A stretch of 48,051 nt of DNA from Deltaproteobacteria bacterium RIFCSPLOWO2_02_FULL_50_16 (GTDB taxonomy: Bacteria > UBA10199 > 2-02-FULL-50-16): contig MGSF01000062.1 of the NCBI GenBank assembly GCA_001798715.1, forward strand, positions 1 to 48,051. The letters are read 5' to 3'. The notes under the pieces are model-generated. The model saw nothing but the letters and a program-made list of their open reading frames with translations, did no database searches and was not told the origin of the DNA. Positions 1 through 7,894 of this stretch are shown piece after piece (positions within the stretch are counted from its first letter, which is position 1; each line of letters starts with the position of its first letter). A program made the translations under genes and the position numbers.

Positions 1-150
1 GCCTATTTTATCGACGAAGAGAGGACCTTGAATCAAACCTTCCTTTTTTTTCAAAAGGAAAGAATTCATCTGGCCTTTGTGCACGATGTGCAGGGAAAAG
101 TGATAGGAATGATTACCATGAGTGATTTACTAAAGGAGTTGTCAACCTGA
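1..150 (+). CDS. 3' end of a CBS-domain protein (gene begins upstream of the window)
   Basis: Frame 1 is open from base 1 to TGA at 148-150. The translation ...KERIHLAFVHDVQGKVIGMITMSDLLKEL looks like a CBS module. The stop lies 1 nt before the next start. Confidence 0.5.
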   Translation, partial: AYFIDEERTLNQTFLFFQKERIHLAFVHDVQGKVIGMITMSDLLKELST

Positions 151-151
151 T

Positions 152-1381
152 ATGGACGTCTGGGTTTTTACCATCATTACTGTTTTATGTCTGGCTCTTG
201 AAGGGTTTTTTTCAGGATCAGAGATAAGCCTGGTGGCTGTTGACAAGCAAAAGCTGAGACAAAAGGCGGCGCTGGGTCACAGGGGGGCCAAGATTGCTGA
301 ACGTTTCATCGGCAATCCGCCACTTTTGTTCAGCGTGACATTGCTGGGACAAAACTTTTTTATTGTAGCCAATACTGTTTTGGCCACTTTTTTCATTATT
401 CAGCGATGGGGGACCGAGTACGAATTTCTGGCCCTGCTTTTGTCTCCGCTTGTGTTGATTTTTGGGGAGGTTGTTCCCAAGAGTTTTTTTCAGCAACACG
501 CCAACCGTTGGGCCTCTAAGATCAGTCCGTTTTTGCTGGCCTTCTGTTATATCACCTATCCCCTTGTTTCTGTATTGTCACGATTGACACATCTGATGTT
601 GGGAGGGGTCAAAAATCGCTCTATTTTGCAGCCGGCCATTACTAAAGAGGGTCTGGAGCTCATGCTGAGTGACAGGGAGAACCAGGCCAACATCAAACCG
701 GGAGTCAGAGAGACCATCCGAAAAATCCTGAATATTACAGAAACGCGGGTCTATGAAATCATGACTCCTCTGGTGGAGGCGGATTGTGTGCGTTCTACCA
801 CCCGAATCCGTGAGGTCTATGAGATTTTTCGGGATAACGGGTTTTCGCGCATGCCGGTCTTTAAAGACCGTGTCACTAAAATGATTGGGGTATTAAATAT
901 TTTTGATGTTCTTCATGCTGAGGATCCAGAGGCGTTTGTGACAACGATGATGAAACCTCCTCTCTATGTCCCCGATCTTATGGTCGTTGATGAGCTTTTC
1001 AAACTTTTGAAATCAAACAAAAAGAATATAGCCTTTGTTGTGGATGAGTATGGTGGTGTTGTGGGGATTGTGACTATAGAAGACATCTTGGAGGAGATCG
1101 TCGGTGAAATAGAGGATGAGTACGATGACAGCCGGGAATTATGGATTAAGAACGGAGAGAAGGAATATGTCTTTGATGCGAGGACAACGATAAACGAGAT
1201 CAATTCAAAATTGAAATGGAACCTCCCTCATGGAGAGTACGAAACCCTGGCCGGTTTTGTTATTGATCAGGTGGGAGGACTTCCGGAGATTGGTGAAAGT
1301 TTCAGGTTTCAAAAATTGACTTTTATTGTCAGGAAAGCGGCCTTACACAGTATTGAAGAGGTTGTTGTCAGTTTGGATTAG
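152..1381 (+). CDS. CNNM/DUF21 - CBS pair - CorC_HlyC family membrane protein (hemolysin / CorC-like)
   Basis: 409 aa. Hydrophobic N-terminal DUF21-like region, a CBS region (ETRVYEIMTP..., AFVVDEYGGVVGIVTIEDILEEIVGEIEDEYD) and a C-terminal transporter-associated domain. Confidence 0.85.
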   Translation: MDVWVFTIITVLCLALEGFFSGSEISLVAVDKQKLRQKAALGHRGAKIAERFIGNPPLLFSVTLLGQNFFIVANTVLATFFIIQRWGTEYEFLALLLSPLVLIFGEVVPKSFFQQHANRWASKISPFLLAFCYITYPLVSVLSRLTHLMLGGVKNRSILQPAITKEGLELMLSDRENQANIKPGVRETIRKILNITETRVYEIMTPLVEADCVRSTTRIREVYEIFRDNGFSRMPVFKDRVTKMIGVLNIFDVLHAEDPEAFVTTMMKPPLYVPDLMVVDELFKLLKSNKKNIAFVVDEYGGVVGIVTIEDILEEIVGEIEDEYDDSRELWIKNGEKEYVFDARTTINEINSKLKWNLPHGEYETLAGFVIDQVGGLPEIGESFRFQKLTFIVRKAALHSIEEVVVSLD

Positions 1382-1454
1382 TAACCCTTGGAAGTATAAC
1401 AACAAATTGAAAAAGTGCTGTTATTGAGCCCTATTTAATGGTACCAATAAAAAA

Positions 1455-1505
1455 GGGCGGGAATAAGATTATTTAATTTTTTTCTCCCTTATCCCCTCCC
1501 TTTTT
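1455..1505 (+). terminator. Possible hairpin terminator after the CorC-like gene
   Basis: gggcgggaataag (1455-1467) pairs 11/13 with cttatcccctccc (1488-1500) and is followed by TTTTT. The 20-nt AT-rich loop makes it atypical. Confidence 0.35.
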
Positions 1506-1581
1506 GCATGAAAACTCAGCCGTTGGCCTGCTTCATATGATCGGGGGCGATTTGTGCCCTTGATGAGGGGTTTTGTTTTTA

Positions 1582-3039
1582 ATGTCTAAGCTGAATTTGG
1601 ACAGGGATATTATTGAGAGCTGTCGGTTGACAGCGCAGAAGATCATCCATCCCATCCACGAGATGGTGGTGCGTCATTCAACTCTTTCCATCGAACGGGC
1701 GACCCTGCGATTTCTTGGCATTCATGACACACTAGAGGGGATGCCTCTGGTGAATCTCATTGTGGATCAGCTTCCTCCCCAATTTTTGTCGAAGGGCATT
1801 GCCTATTGGTTGGGAAGGGCCATGCTCCTCAATCACGCAAGTCCTATCGGTGTGGCCCTGAAGATGGCTCAAAGGAAAATTGATCTCAAAAAAATGGCCC
1901 CTGTACCCCTTCCGGCCATAAGAGAGGCGCTTCATGGCCCTGTGCGGAATTCCTTGCGTCGGTTGGAACAAAAAGGCCAGCGTCGCCAACAGCTTTTGGA
2001 AAAACATTTCAGGAGCTTTGCCTCCTTAAAACTTGTGTCTATTTCTCAAGACGATATTGGAAAAGATTCAAAGGGGATTCATAAAAAGCTTAAAAACGAT
2101 GTCAGTTATCTCGAAGTAGAGCGAAAATCAGGCAGTGAATTGTTGGAATATGTTTTGAACGGACATCATACCAGAGACATAAGACGCCACTTGGATCAGT
2201 GGGGGCAAAAAAACAATCTTTATATTCGTTTGTTGGAAGATGCGACGGGATTGTGTCTCCCTGAAGAGACCATGATAGGGGCCGAAAACGGGGTGGATGC
2301 CTTGTATGATGATGCCCTGCACGGCATTGTAATGCGTGATATTGACATGCAGCGCGCCATTGTCGATCAGCACTTTTCTCGCTTGATTATGGCCCGAGCC
2401 CAAATGATTGTTCATACCCGCGAAGATTGTTTGTTAAAGCTGACGGATTCTTATCGCAACTTTTACCAAACCATTGCCCTGCAATTTCTCCAAGAGCAAT
2501 GGTGTCGGAAGGCCAGAATCGAGGACGATCACCTGGTTTTGAGTTTTTCTTTTGCCATTGATTCTGCCGTGGAGGATGGACTTCTTTATGAAATGGCCCA
2601 GGCGCAGATGGTTCGAGAGATTTTTCCAAAGGCCTTTATTCAGTGCGGCCTTCCTATCAGGATGCAATCCGAAAATTCTTCATCTTCCTCTATTTTAAAC
2701 GGCATCAGTAGTTTGGTCGCTGTCTTGACAGAATTTAACATTATTAAATTGGACAGCGAAGATTCTCCAATCGTCGACTATCTTTTGCAGGGGGGGCGGA
2801 GCCTGGGAACTGAGGTGCAATGGCAACAAAATGGCAAGGTGATTCGTCGCGCCCGTGCCATCCTTGACAACGCCCAAAAGCTCCTGAAGACAATAGAGAG
2901 AACCGGGCTCACGCAATGCTTATCGCAAGGGGTTTTTGCCAATCTATCGCGTGATCCTGAAGGAGGGCTGGGCGCCCAAGGAGTTTTTCGCAGGGACAAA
3001 GATTACTTTAATCCGTTGTGGGAGGAGCTTGAAAGATAA
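1582..3039 (+). CDS. Divergent D-lysine 5,6-aminomutase alpha subunit (KamD)-like protein
   Basis: ATG at 1582 with gagggg upstream. Blocks remembered from KamD: SKLNLD...ERATLRFLGI, GLCLPE...DALHGIVMRDIDMQRAIVDQHFSR, LYEMAQAQMVREIFPKA, GGLGAQGVFRRDKDYFNP. Other segments look replaced. Confidence 0.6.
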   Translation: MSKLNLDRDIIESCRLTAQKIIHPIHEMVVRHSTLSIERATLRFLGIHDTLEGMPLVNLIVDQLPPQFLSKGIAYWLGRAMLLNHASPIGVALKMAQRKIDLKKMAPVPLPAIREALHGPVRNSLRRLEQKGQRRQQLLEKHFRSFASLKLVSISQDDIGKDSKGIHKKLKNDVSYLEVERKSGSELLEYVLNGHHTRDIRRHLDQWGQKNNLYIRLLEDATGLCLPEETMIGAENGVDALYDDALHGIVMRDIDMQRAIVDQHFSRLIMARAQMIVHTREDCLLKLTDSYRNFYQTIALQFLQEQWCRKARIEDDHLVLSFSFAIDSAVEDGLLYEMAQAQMVREIFPKAFIQCGLPIRMQSENSSSSSILNGISSLVAVLTEFNIIKLDSEDSPIVDYLLQGGRSLGTEVQWQQNGKVIRRARAILDNAQKLLKTIERTGLTQCLSQGVFANLSRDPEGGLGAQGVFRRDKDYFNPLWEELER

Positions 3040-3049
3040 ATCAGAAAAT

Positions 3050-3619
3050 TTGTTATCTGTTGATGAAATACAAAATTGGGTGAAGGCAAAAATCGGCCGA
3101 CGTCTTCATATGGCGGCGGTTCATCTTGGTCGAGAGGGTTACAGTTTGGGCTTTGAGGGTTTTCTGACGGCCAAGGGGCTTCAGGGTCATCTGGGTTTGG
3201 AAACTTATCCCTGTTTTCAGATCACTCGTTATCGGGAGGCGACTCATGCCAATCATGTTGTTGAAAAACTGATGGCGGGAAAAGCGGATATCCTCCTGCT
3301 CTCCTATCAAATCTATCCGGAGGATCCTTTCATCAAGAAAGAGGTCAAAGAATTGGGACAAAATCGAAAATTGCCCAGACATCTCGTCAAGGTTATTGTT
3401 GGAGAAGAATTCGGGCGTTCTTCGCCGCGATTTTTGGGTTATGACCTTGGGTTGGGTGAGGAAATCTCGCCCCTTGAAGCGGCCCAAAAAATTGTTTATC
3501 AATGGGATCAAAAAATGGGTTCGGCACGTCATGAAGGTCGTGCAAGTCATGCAAGTCATGAAGGCCCGTCTTTGCAGGAACCGAAGCGCTCTTTGTGGAA
3601 CATTTTTGGAAGGAAATAA
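3050..3619 (+). CDS. KamE-like B12-binding-fold (Rossmann) domain protein lacking the DxHxxG histidine
   Basis: Aligns by eye to the C-terminal half of the aminomutase beta subunit (IGRRLHMAAVHLGREGYSLGFEGFLTAKGLQGHLGLETY, ADILLLSYQ, VKVIVGEE). The start is uncertain: TTG 3050 is 10 nt after the upstream stop, GTG 3080 is an alternative. The track ATG at 2936 would overlap the alpha gene by about 100 nt. Confidence 0.45.
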   Translation: MLSVDEIQNWVKAKIGRRLHMAAVHLGREGYSLGFEGFLTAKGLQGHLGLETYPCFQITRYREATHANHVVEKLMAGKADILLLSYQIYPEDPFIKKEVKELGQNRKLPRHLVKVIVGEEFGRSSPRFLGYDLGLGEEISPLEAAQKIVYQWDQKMGSARHEGRASHASHEGPSLQEPKRSLWNIFGRK

Positions 3620-3625
3620 ACCATT

Positions 3626-4552
3626 ATGTCGGGCATCGGCGTCATCCTCAATCCTCATTCCAAACAGTATAAAAAATATCCCAGCAAGATGAAGAGGATA
3701 GGTTTTATCGTGGGGGATAAAGGGACCTTCGAACCCACCGTCGATCTGAATGATGTGCGCCGCGTGGCAGAGCAATTTAAAAAGAAGGAGATCGACATCT
3801 TGGCCTTAACGGGCGGTGATGGGACCAATCACCGGACCTTGACCACTTTTATGCAGGTCTATCAGGACCAGCCCCTCCCCAAGATTACATTTTTGAGGGG
3901 GGGGACACTCAATACGATTGCGCACGCGTGCGGTATCAAGGGAACACCGGAAAAAATCCTGACCAATCTCCTCTATAAATATCATGAGGATGAACCCTTC
4001 AAGATGACCCAGGCCCAGCTGATGGATATCAATGGTTATTGTGGTTTTATTTGGGGATGTGGCGTGATTTATCGTTTTATGGAGGCTTATTATGGACAGG
4101 GTAACCCCTCTTCCCCGAGTGCGGCCTGGACCTTGATCAGGAGTGTCACATCGGCCTTAAGAAATGGTCCCTATGCGTGTAAGATGTTTCGTCGCTTTGA
4201 TGGCCAGGTGACGGTCAATGGACGCCCCTGGCCCTTTCGCAACTATTCGGCCATTTATGCGGGATCCGTTTCTGAACTGGGCTTGAATTTCAGGGTCTTT
4301 TATCATGCCAAGGAACCCGGCAAATTCCATGCCGTCGGCTTTTCCCTGCCACCGCGCAACGTCCTCCCCTTTGTCCCTTACATGTATCTGGGGCGCGACA
4401 GTCGTTGCCCGGACCTCATCGAGGAGCCGGCCTCCGAGATGGTCGTCGAGCTGGCCGAACCCCTTCCCTATACCATCGACGGGGATATGCACCCTCCCGC
4501 CTCCCGTTTTCATATCAAGATGGGTCCCCGTCTGGACGTGATTGTCGAGTAG
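3626..4552 (+). CDS. Diacylglycerol/sphingosine-kinase-fold (DAGK_cat) lipid kinase family protein
   Basis: 308 aa. N-terminal IGVILNPHS and the GGDGTNH signature. Starts 6 nt after the previous stop. Confidence 0.65.
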   Translation: MSGIGVILNPHSKQYKKYPSKMKRIGFIVGDKGTFEPTVDLNDVRRVAEQFKKKEIDILALTGGDGTNHRTLTTFMQVYQDQPLPKITFLRGGTLNTIAHACGIKGTPEKILTNLLYKYHEDEPFKMTQAQLMDINGYCGFIWGCGVIYRFMEAYYGQGNPSSPSAAWTLIRSVTSALRNGPYACKMFRRFDGQVTVNGRPWPFRNYSAIYAGSVSELGLNFRVFYHAKEPGKFHAVGFSLPPRNVLPFVPYMYLGRDSRCPDLIEEPASEMVVELAEPLPYTIDGDMHPPASRFHIKMGPRLDVIVE

Positions 4553-4567
4553 TCGGACACCATAGCT

Positions 4568-5005
4568 TTAGTCCAATTCATCAATGTCATCAATCCTCCA
4601 CCGCCAGGGTCTTGCCCTCCTACTCAGGTCTTCATCGTCTATCGTCCTTTCGATTGGATAGGCTCTCTCTATGTCTATTCGGAATTCGTCGTCACTTTCA
4701 TCGTCAGTGTCCGATGGATCTTCTTCTTCGCCGGTCTCTGTGGTCACCACTTCGCTTTCCTCTTCAAGGGCCTCTTCCTCGGCTTTTGCTTCATTCAAGG
4801 CCTTATTGAGCTCATTGATCTTATTCTCAAGATCGGTGATTTTTGTCCCCGTCTGATCCTCCCAGACGATTTCCTCTTCCCCCTCGGTTTTGAATTCAAC
4901 GGAGTCGGGAAGATTTTGGGTTGATTGACGACAGGCCACCGTAAAAAGGGCCGCCCCCATGATCATGATGATCACAAGGCCTAATTTTTTAATGTCTTTC
5001 TTCAT
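4568..5005 (-). CDS. Highly acidic lipoprotein, function unknown
   Basis: Signal peptide with lipobox LFTVAC, coiled-coil-like ITDLENKINELNKALNEAKAEEEALEE and a D/E-rich tail. SD gggagg upstream of the ATG. Confidence 0.6.
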   Translation of the reverse strand: MKKDIKKLGLVIIMIMGAALFTVACRQSTQNLPDSVEFKTEGEEEIVWEDQTGTKITDLENKINELNKALNEAKAEEEALEEESEVVTTETGEEEDPSDTDDESDDEFRIDIERAYPIERTIDDEDLSRRARPWRWRIDDIDELD

Positions 5006-5051
5006 GAGAACCTCCCTATTTTATTTTCATACGTGTTTCAGGGCTATCTAG

Positions 5052-5067
5052 TGCAATCATAATGCCA
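5052..5067 (-). promoter_or_regulatory. Sigma-54-type -24/-12 promoter (TGGCATTATGATTGCA on the minus strand)
   Basis: Reverse complement of tgcaatcataatgcca. GG and GC have the exact consensus spacing (TGGCAC-N5-TTGCA). The -12 element lies about 48 nt upstream of the ATG at 5005. Confidence 0.5.
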
Positions 5068-5209
5068 GTTATTATTGTATACAAAAATAAGTTATAATAT
5101 TATGAAAAATAAAGATTTTTATATGAAATGATATTTTAATTCTAAAATTAGAATACAAAAAACTGGAGAATTCCTCCCCCAAAAGAAGGGTTTCCCCACC
5201 CCTTTTTTC

Positions 5210-5225
5210 TGGCATCAGAATTGCA
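5210..5225 (+). promoter_or_regulatory. Sigma-54-type -24/-12 promoter (TGGCATCAGAATTGCA)
   Basis: Exact GG-N10-GC spacing with TGGCA and TTGCA blocks. Divergent from the 5052-5067 element. Lies about 50 nt upstream of a small ORF with a strong SD. Confidence 0.5.
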
Positions 5226-5275
5226 TTTTCTTACAGGTAACGGGTGATCATCCTATCAAGTGAAGGAGAGGAAAT

Positions 5276-5377
5276 ATGATTTCACTGGAGGTTAACTCAC
5301 TGAAACAGCTTGTGATTCTTGCTACAGTCCTCTTTTTGGACGGGGTGGAAAAAAGGCTTCGGGAACAGGAAAAGTAG
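5276..5377 (+). CDS. Candidate 33-aa small hydrophobic protein (MISLEVNSLKQLVILATVLFLDGVEKRLREQEK)
   Basis: Below the ORF-track cutoff. gaaggagagg SD 4-7 nt before the ATG. Central hydrophobic stretch. Downstream of the sigma-54-like promoter. Confidence 0.3.
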   Translation: MISLEVNSLKQLVILATVLFLDGVEKRLREQEK

Positions 5378-5386
5378 GGGAAATCA

Positions 5387-5420
5387 TTATCAAAATGATA
5401 ACACGTTATCATTTTGATAA
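5387..5420. promoter_or_regulatory. Perfect 15-bp inverted repeat with 4-nt spacer (ttatcaaaatgataa cacg ttatcattttgataa)
   Basis: Read directly from the sequence. Lies between the small ORF stop (5377) and the SD/ATG of the 5436 gene. No U-tract follows, so it is more likely an operator or RNA hairpin than a terminator. Confidence 0.6.
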
Positions 5421-5435
5421 GGAACAAGGAGAGGG

Positions 5436-5810
5436 ATGATGACAATGAGACTGACTCAAATGCTTGGTTTGATAGGGATCCTCACCCTTTCGATCACCTT
5501 CATGGGGACTGGTGGTTGTGACAAGGCCGTTGATGAGGCTGATGCGGAATTGAACCAGATTGTTCAAGACGATTCCACCGAGACCCAAGATACTGAAGGG
5601 TTGGATATCGATGAGGACCTTAAAAAGCTCATTGCCGAGGGCAAGGCAACTCTCCAGCGGGCCGAAAACGGAGATTATGTCTTGGTCAAGGAAAATGGTG
5701 AAACAGTTATTTTGGAGGGACAAAAGGAACCAGCGGAAGTCACGGATGAGACCCCATTAGGAGAGGGTCCGGCGGTTCAAAATGCCCCCGCCTCGGTTGT
5801 CAACCAGTAG
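5436..5810 (+). CDS. Acidic lipoprotein, function unknown
   Basis: Three in-frame ATGs (5436, 5439, 5445) after aaggagaggg. Signal peptide with lipobox GTGGC. The mature part is D/E-rich. Confidence 0.6.
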   Translation: MMTMRLTQMLGLIGILTLSITFMGTGGCDKAVDEADAELNQIVQDDSTETQDTEGLDIDEDLKKLIAEGKATLQRAENGDYVLVKENGETVILEGQKEPAEVTDETPLGEGPAVQNAPASVVNQ

Positions 5811-5952
5811 GAGGGTGATCCATAGAAATAAAAAGTTTTGTTACCCTAAGGCCTCAACATGTTTTGCGGTTAGAAGTCCTAATTGGATAGGCGCCCCACC
5901 CTGATGATTAGGAGAAAAACTTCTGGCTTGGATGGATGGCATGTTGGGGCCT

Positions 5953-7329
5953 TTATTTTGTAAAGGCAAAGAAGAGGGTGGCCTCACCGCGTTGGATAAA
6001 GAGACGGACCACTCGACCGGTCTCAATGGCTTGGGAGGCCTTTATAAAATCATTGGCATTATTGATGGGATTCCCATTGATTTTAAGAAGGATGTCACCG
6101 GGCTGGAGACCGGCTCGACCCGCAGATCCGGAAGGATCAACATTGGTCACATACACTCCCGGTTTGTCAGCGGGGAGTCCCAGATCTTTGGCCTCCGCTG
6201 CCGAGATGTTACGTACATTGATTCCCAACTCCTGACTTTCTTCACTGGGCATTGTTTGGGCCACATCTTCTTTTTTCATTTTGGAAATGACAATATTTAA
6301 GTGTTTCTCTTTACCGTCCCGAAGGACTTTCATTTTGACAGAAGTGCCGGGTTTTGTACGGGCCACATACGAAGGGAGTTCATGGGCGTTTTTTACGGGT
6401 TGCCCAGCATATTCAACAACGATGTCACCCGCGACAAGCCCTCCTTGGGCAGCAGGGCTTTCAGGAAAGACGTTTGAGATCAAGGCCCCCGTAGGTTCGG
6501 TGAGATGAAATGATTTGGCCAGATCCGGTGTGACTTCTTGGATACCGACCCCCAGCCAGCCGCGGGTGACACCACCTTTGGAAATCAGTTGTGGGATGAG
6601 GTCCTTGGCGAGGTTAATGGGAATCGCAAAACCGATCCCCTGTCCGTTTGAAAGGATGGCGGTATTGACGCCGATCACTTCCCCCTTCAAGTTGAAGAGG
6701 GGGCCACCACTATTTCCAGGATTAATGGAGGCATCCGTTTGAATAAAATTGTCATAGGGGCCGGCTCCGATGACTCGACCCTTGGCACTGACAATGCCGG
6801 CTGTCACCGTATGATCGAGTCCAAAGGGGTTTCCCACGGCGAGGACCCAGTCCCCGACTTGTAATTCATCCGAATTTCCAAGGATGGCGACGGGCAGCTT
6901 CGTATCACTTTTGACTTTAATAACAGCCAGATCCGTTTTTGAATCGCTTCCAATAACCTTTGCCGTCAGTTCTTGCTTATTGGAAAGGCGCACAATGATC
7001 TCATCGCTGTCGGCCACCACATGATGATTTGTCAAAATATGCCCATTGTTGTTGATAATAAAGCCGGAACCCAAACTGCGACGAGGGAGGGAAGAGGGTC
7101 CCCCGAAAAATTTTTCAAAAAAATCGTCAAAAAAAGGATCGCGGGGACCAAAGCGGCGTGAATCCATGAGAGGTTGTTGAGCGGGTTTGTTGGAGGTGGT
7201 GATGTTGACGACACTGGGAGTCACATTTTTTGATAAATCAGTAAAATTGGGCAGACTCTGCTGGGTAAAGGCGGAAAGGCCCCAGAAAAACGTGCCGCAA
7301 AAAACAAGAATCAAGAAAACCCGTTTCAT
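5953..7329 (-). CDS. htrA: HtrA/DegP/DegQ-family periplasmic serine protease with two PDZ domains
   Basis: 458 aa. Signal peptide, LTNHHVV (His), SDSKTDLAVIK (Asp), GNSGGPL (Ser) and two PDZ-like C-terminal repeats. Confidence 0.9.
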   Translation of the reverse strand: MKRVFLILVFCGTFFWGLSAFTQQSLPNFTDLSKNVTPSVVNITTSNKPAQQPLMDSRRFGPRDPFFDDFFEKFFGGPSSLPRRSLGSGFIINNNGHILTNHHVVADSDEIIVRLSNKQELTAKVIGSDSKTDLAVIKVKSDTKLPVAILGNSDELQVGDWVLAVGNPFGLDHTVTAGIVSAKGRVIGAGPYDNFIQTDASINPGNSGGPLFNLKGEVIGVNTAILSNGQGIGFAIPINLAKDLIPQLISKGGVTRGWLGVGIQEVTPDLAKSFHLTEPTGALISNVFPESPAAQGGLVAGDIVVEYAGQPVKNAHELPSYVARTKPGTSVKMKVLRDGKEKHLNIVISKMKKEDVAQTMPSEESQELGINVRNISAAEAKDLGLPADKPGVYVTNVDPSGSAGRAGLQPGDILLKINGNPINNANDFIKASQAIETGRVVRLFIQRGEATLFFAFTK

Positions 7330-7333
7330 GGAC

Positions 7334-7735
7334 TCATGTCCCTTCTTTTTTATTAAGGGTGACGAACACCATTCTCAGATCATACAAGATGGCCTCTAAA
7401 AGTTTTGCCTCGTTTTCAGAGAGATTGCCTTTTGTCTTTTCCTGAAGAAGTCCCAGGATGTCAATCGTCTGCTTGGCCCCCTCAAGATGACTTTCTTTTT
7501 TGTTGGTTTCGGGATGAGGTGTGAGACCTAGTTGAATTTGAGCGGAGGAGGCCAGCGATAAAAGAAACGTTGCAAAGTCAATGGTGGGAAGAGGAGAGGT
7601 CTTGTCATTTTGTAAAAGAGGATCTTCTTTTTTTGGGTTTGTTGTCTCGGGGGCTTGATTGTCTTCGGCATCACGAAAGAGACGACGCTTGTCTTTAAAG
7701 GTGTAGCCTTTTTCCTCAGGATTTTCAGTCATGTA
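7334..7735 (-). CDS. DUF1844-family protein
   Basis: IDFATFLLSLASSAQIQLG...AKQTIDILGLLQEKTKGNLSENEAKLLEAILYDLRMVFV matches the DUF1844 pattern. Likely start is MTENPEE at 7735. Ends 5 nt upstream of htrA. Confidence 0.7.
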   Translation of the reverse strand, partial: YMTENPEEKGYTFKDKRRLFRDAEDNQAPETTNPKKEDPLLQNDKTSPLPTIDFATFLLSLASSAQIQLGLTPHPETNKKESHLEGAKQTIDILGLLQEKTKGNLSENEAKLLEAILYDLRMVFVTLNKKEGT

Positions 7736-7894
7736 ATTTTCTCTTCTACTAAGGAGTTCATATCTCACTACACATTGAAAAAGCAAGATGTCTCATATTC
7801 TCCTTAGTACTGTCAGGTCTTATGAATAGAAATTGATGAACTGGCTTGTAAAAACGATAAGTTACGTAAGGTTATAACGGAGGAATAAAGGGCG

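Noticed and set aside
1382-1581. Possible cobalamin riboswitch upstream of the aminomutase-like operon (cagccgttggcctgc vaguely resembles a B12 box)
   Set aside because: The spacer is too short after the terminator-like hairpin. It lacks the other conserved cobalamin-riboswitch blocks such as GCCACTG, and only small local hairpins are visible.
2936-3049. ATG at 2936 as the start of the KamE-like gene
   Set aside because: It would overlap the alpha-subunit gene by about 100 nt in another frame. The extra residues do not resemble any part of KamE. Similarity begins at about LSVDEIQ, just after TTG 3050.
3542-3559. Tandem 9-bp repeat gcaagtcat x2 (ASH-ASH), flanked by catgaagg on both sides
   Set aside because: This is a tiny in-frame duplication in the non-conserved C-terminal tail of the KamE-like ORF. 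It is probably slippage with no obvious functional meaning.
3053-3775. 240-aa minus-strand ORF. Similar long antisense ORFs occur at 14019-14684, 18804-19457, 30801-31400, 33643-34368 and 16315-16954.
   Set aside because: All lie antisense to genes with strong family signatures (KamE-like/kinase, SpoIID, fumC, uvrB, radical SAM, hemerythrin). They have no start context and odd composition, so I treat them as shadow ORFs.
4300-4560. Locally elevated GC in the 3' part of the DAGK-like gene
   Set aside because: It was judged by eye only. The reading frame and homology continue smoothly, and there are no repeat boundaries or mobility genes to suggest an insertion.
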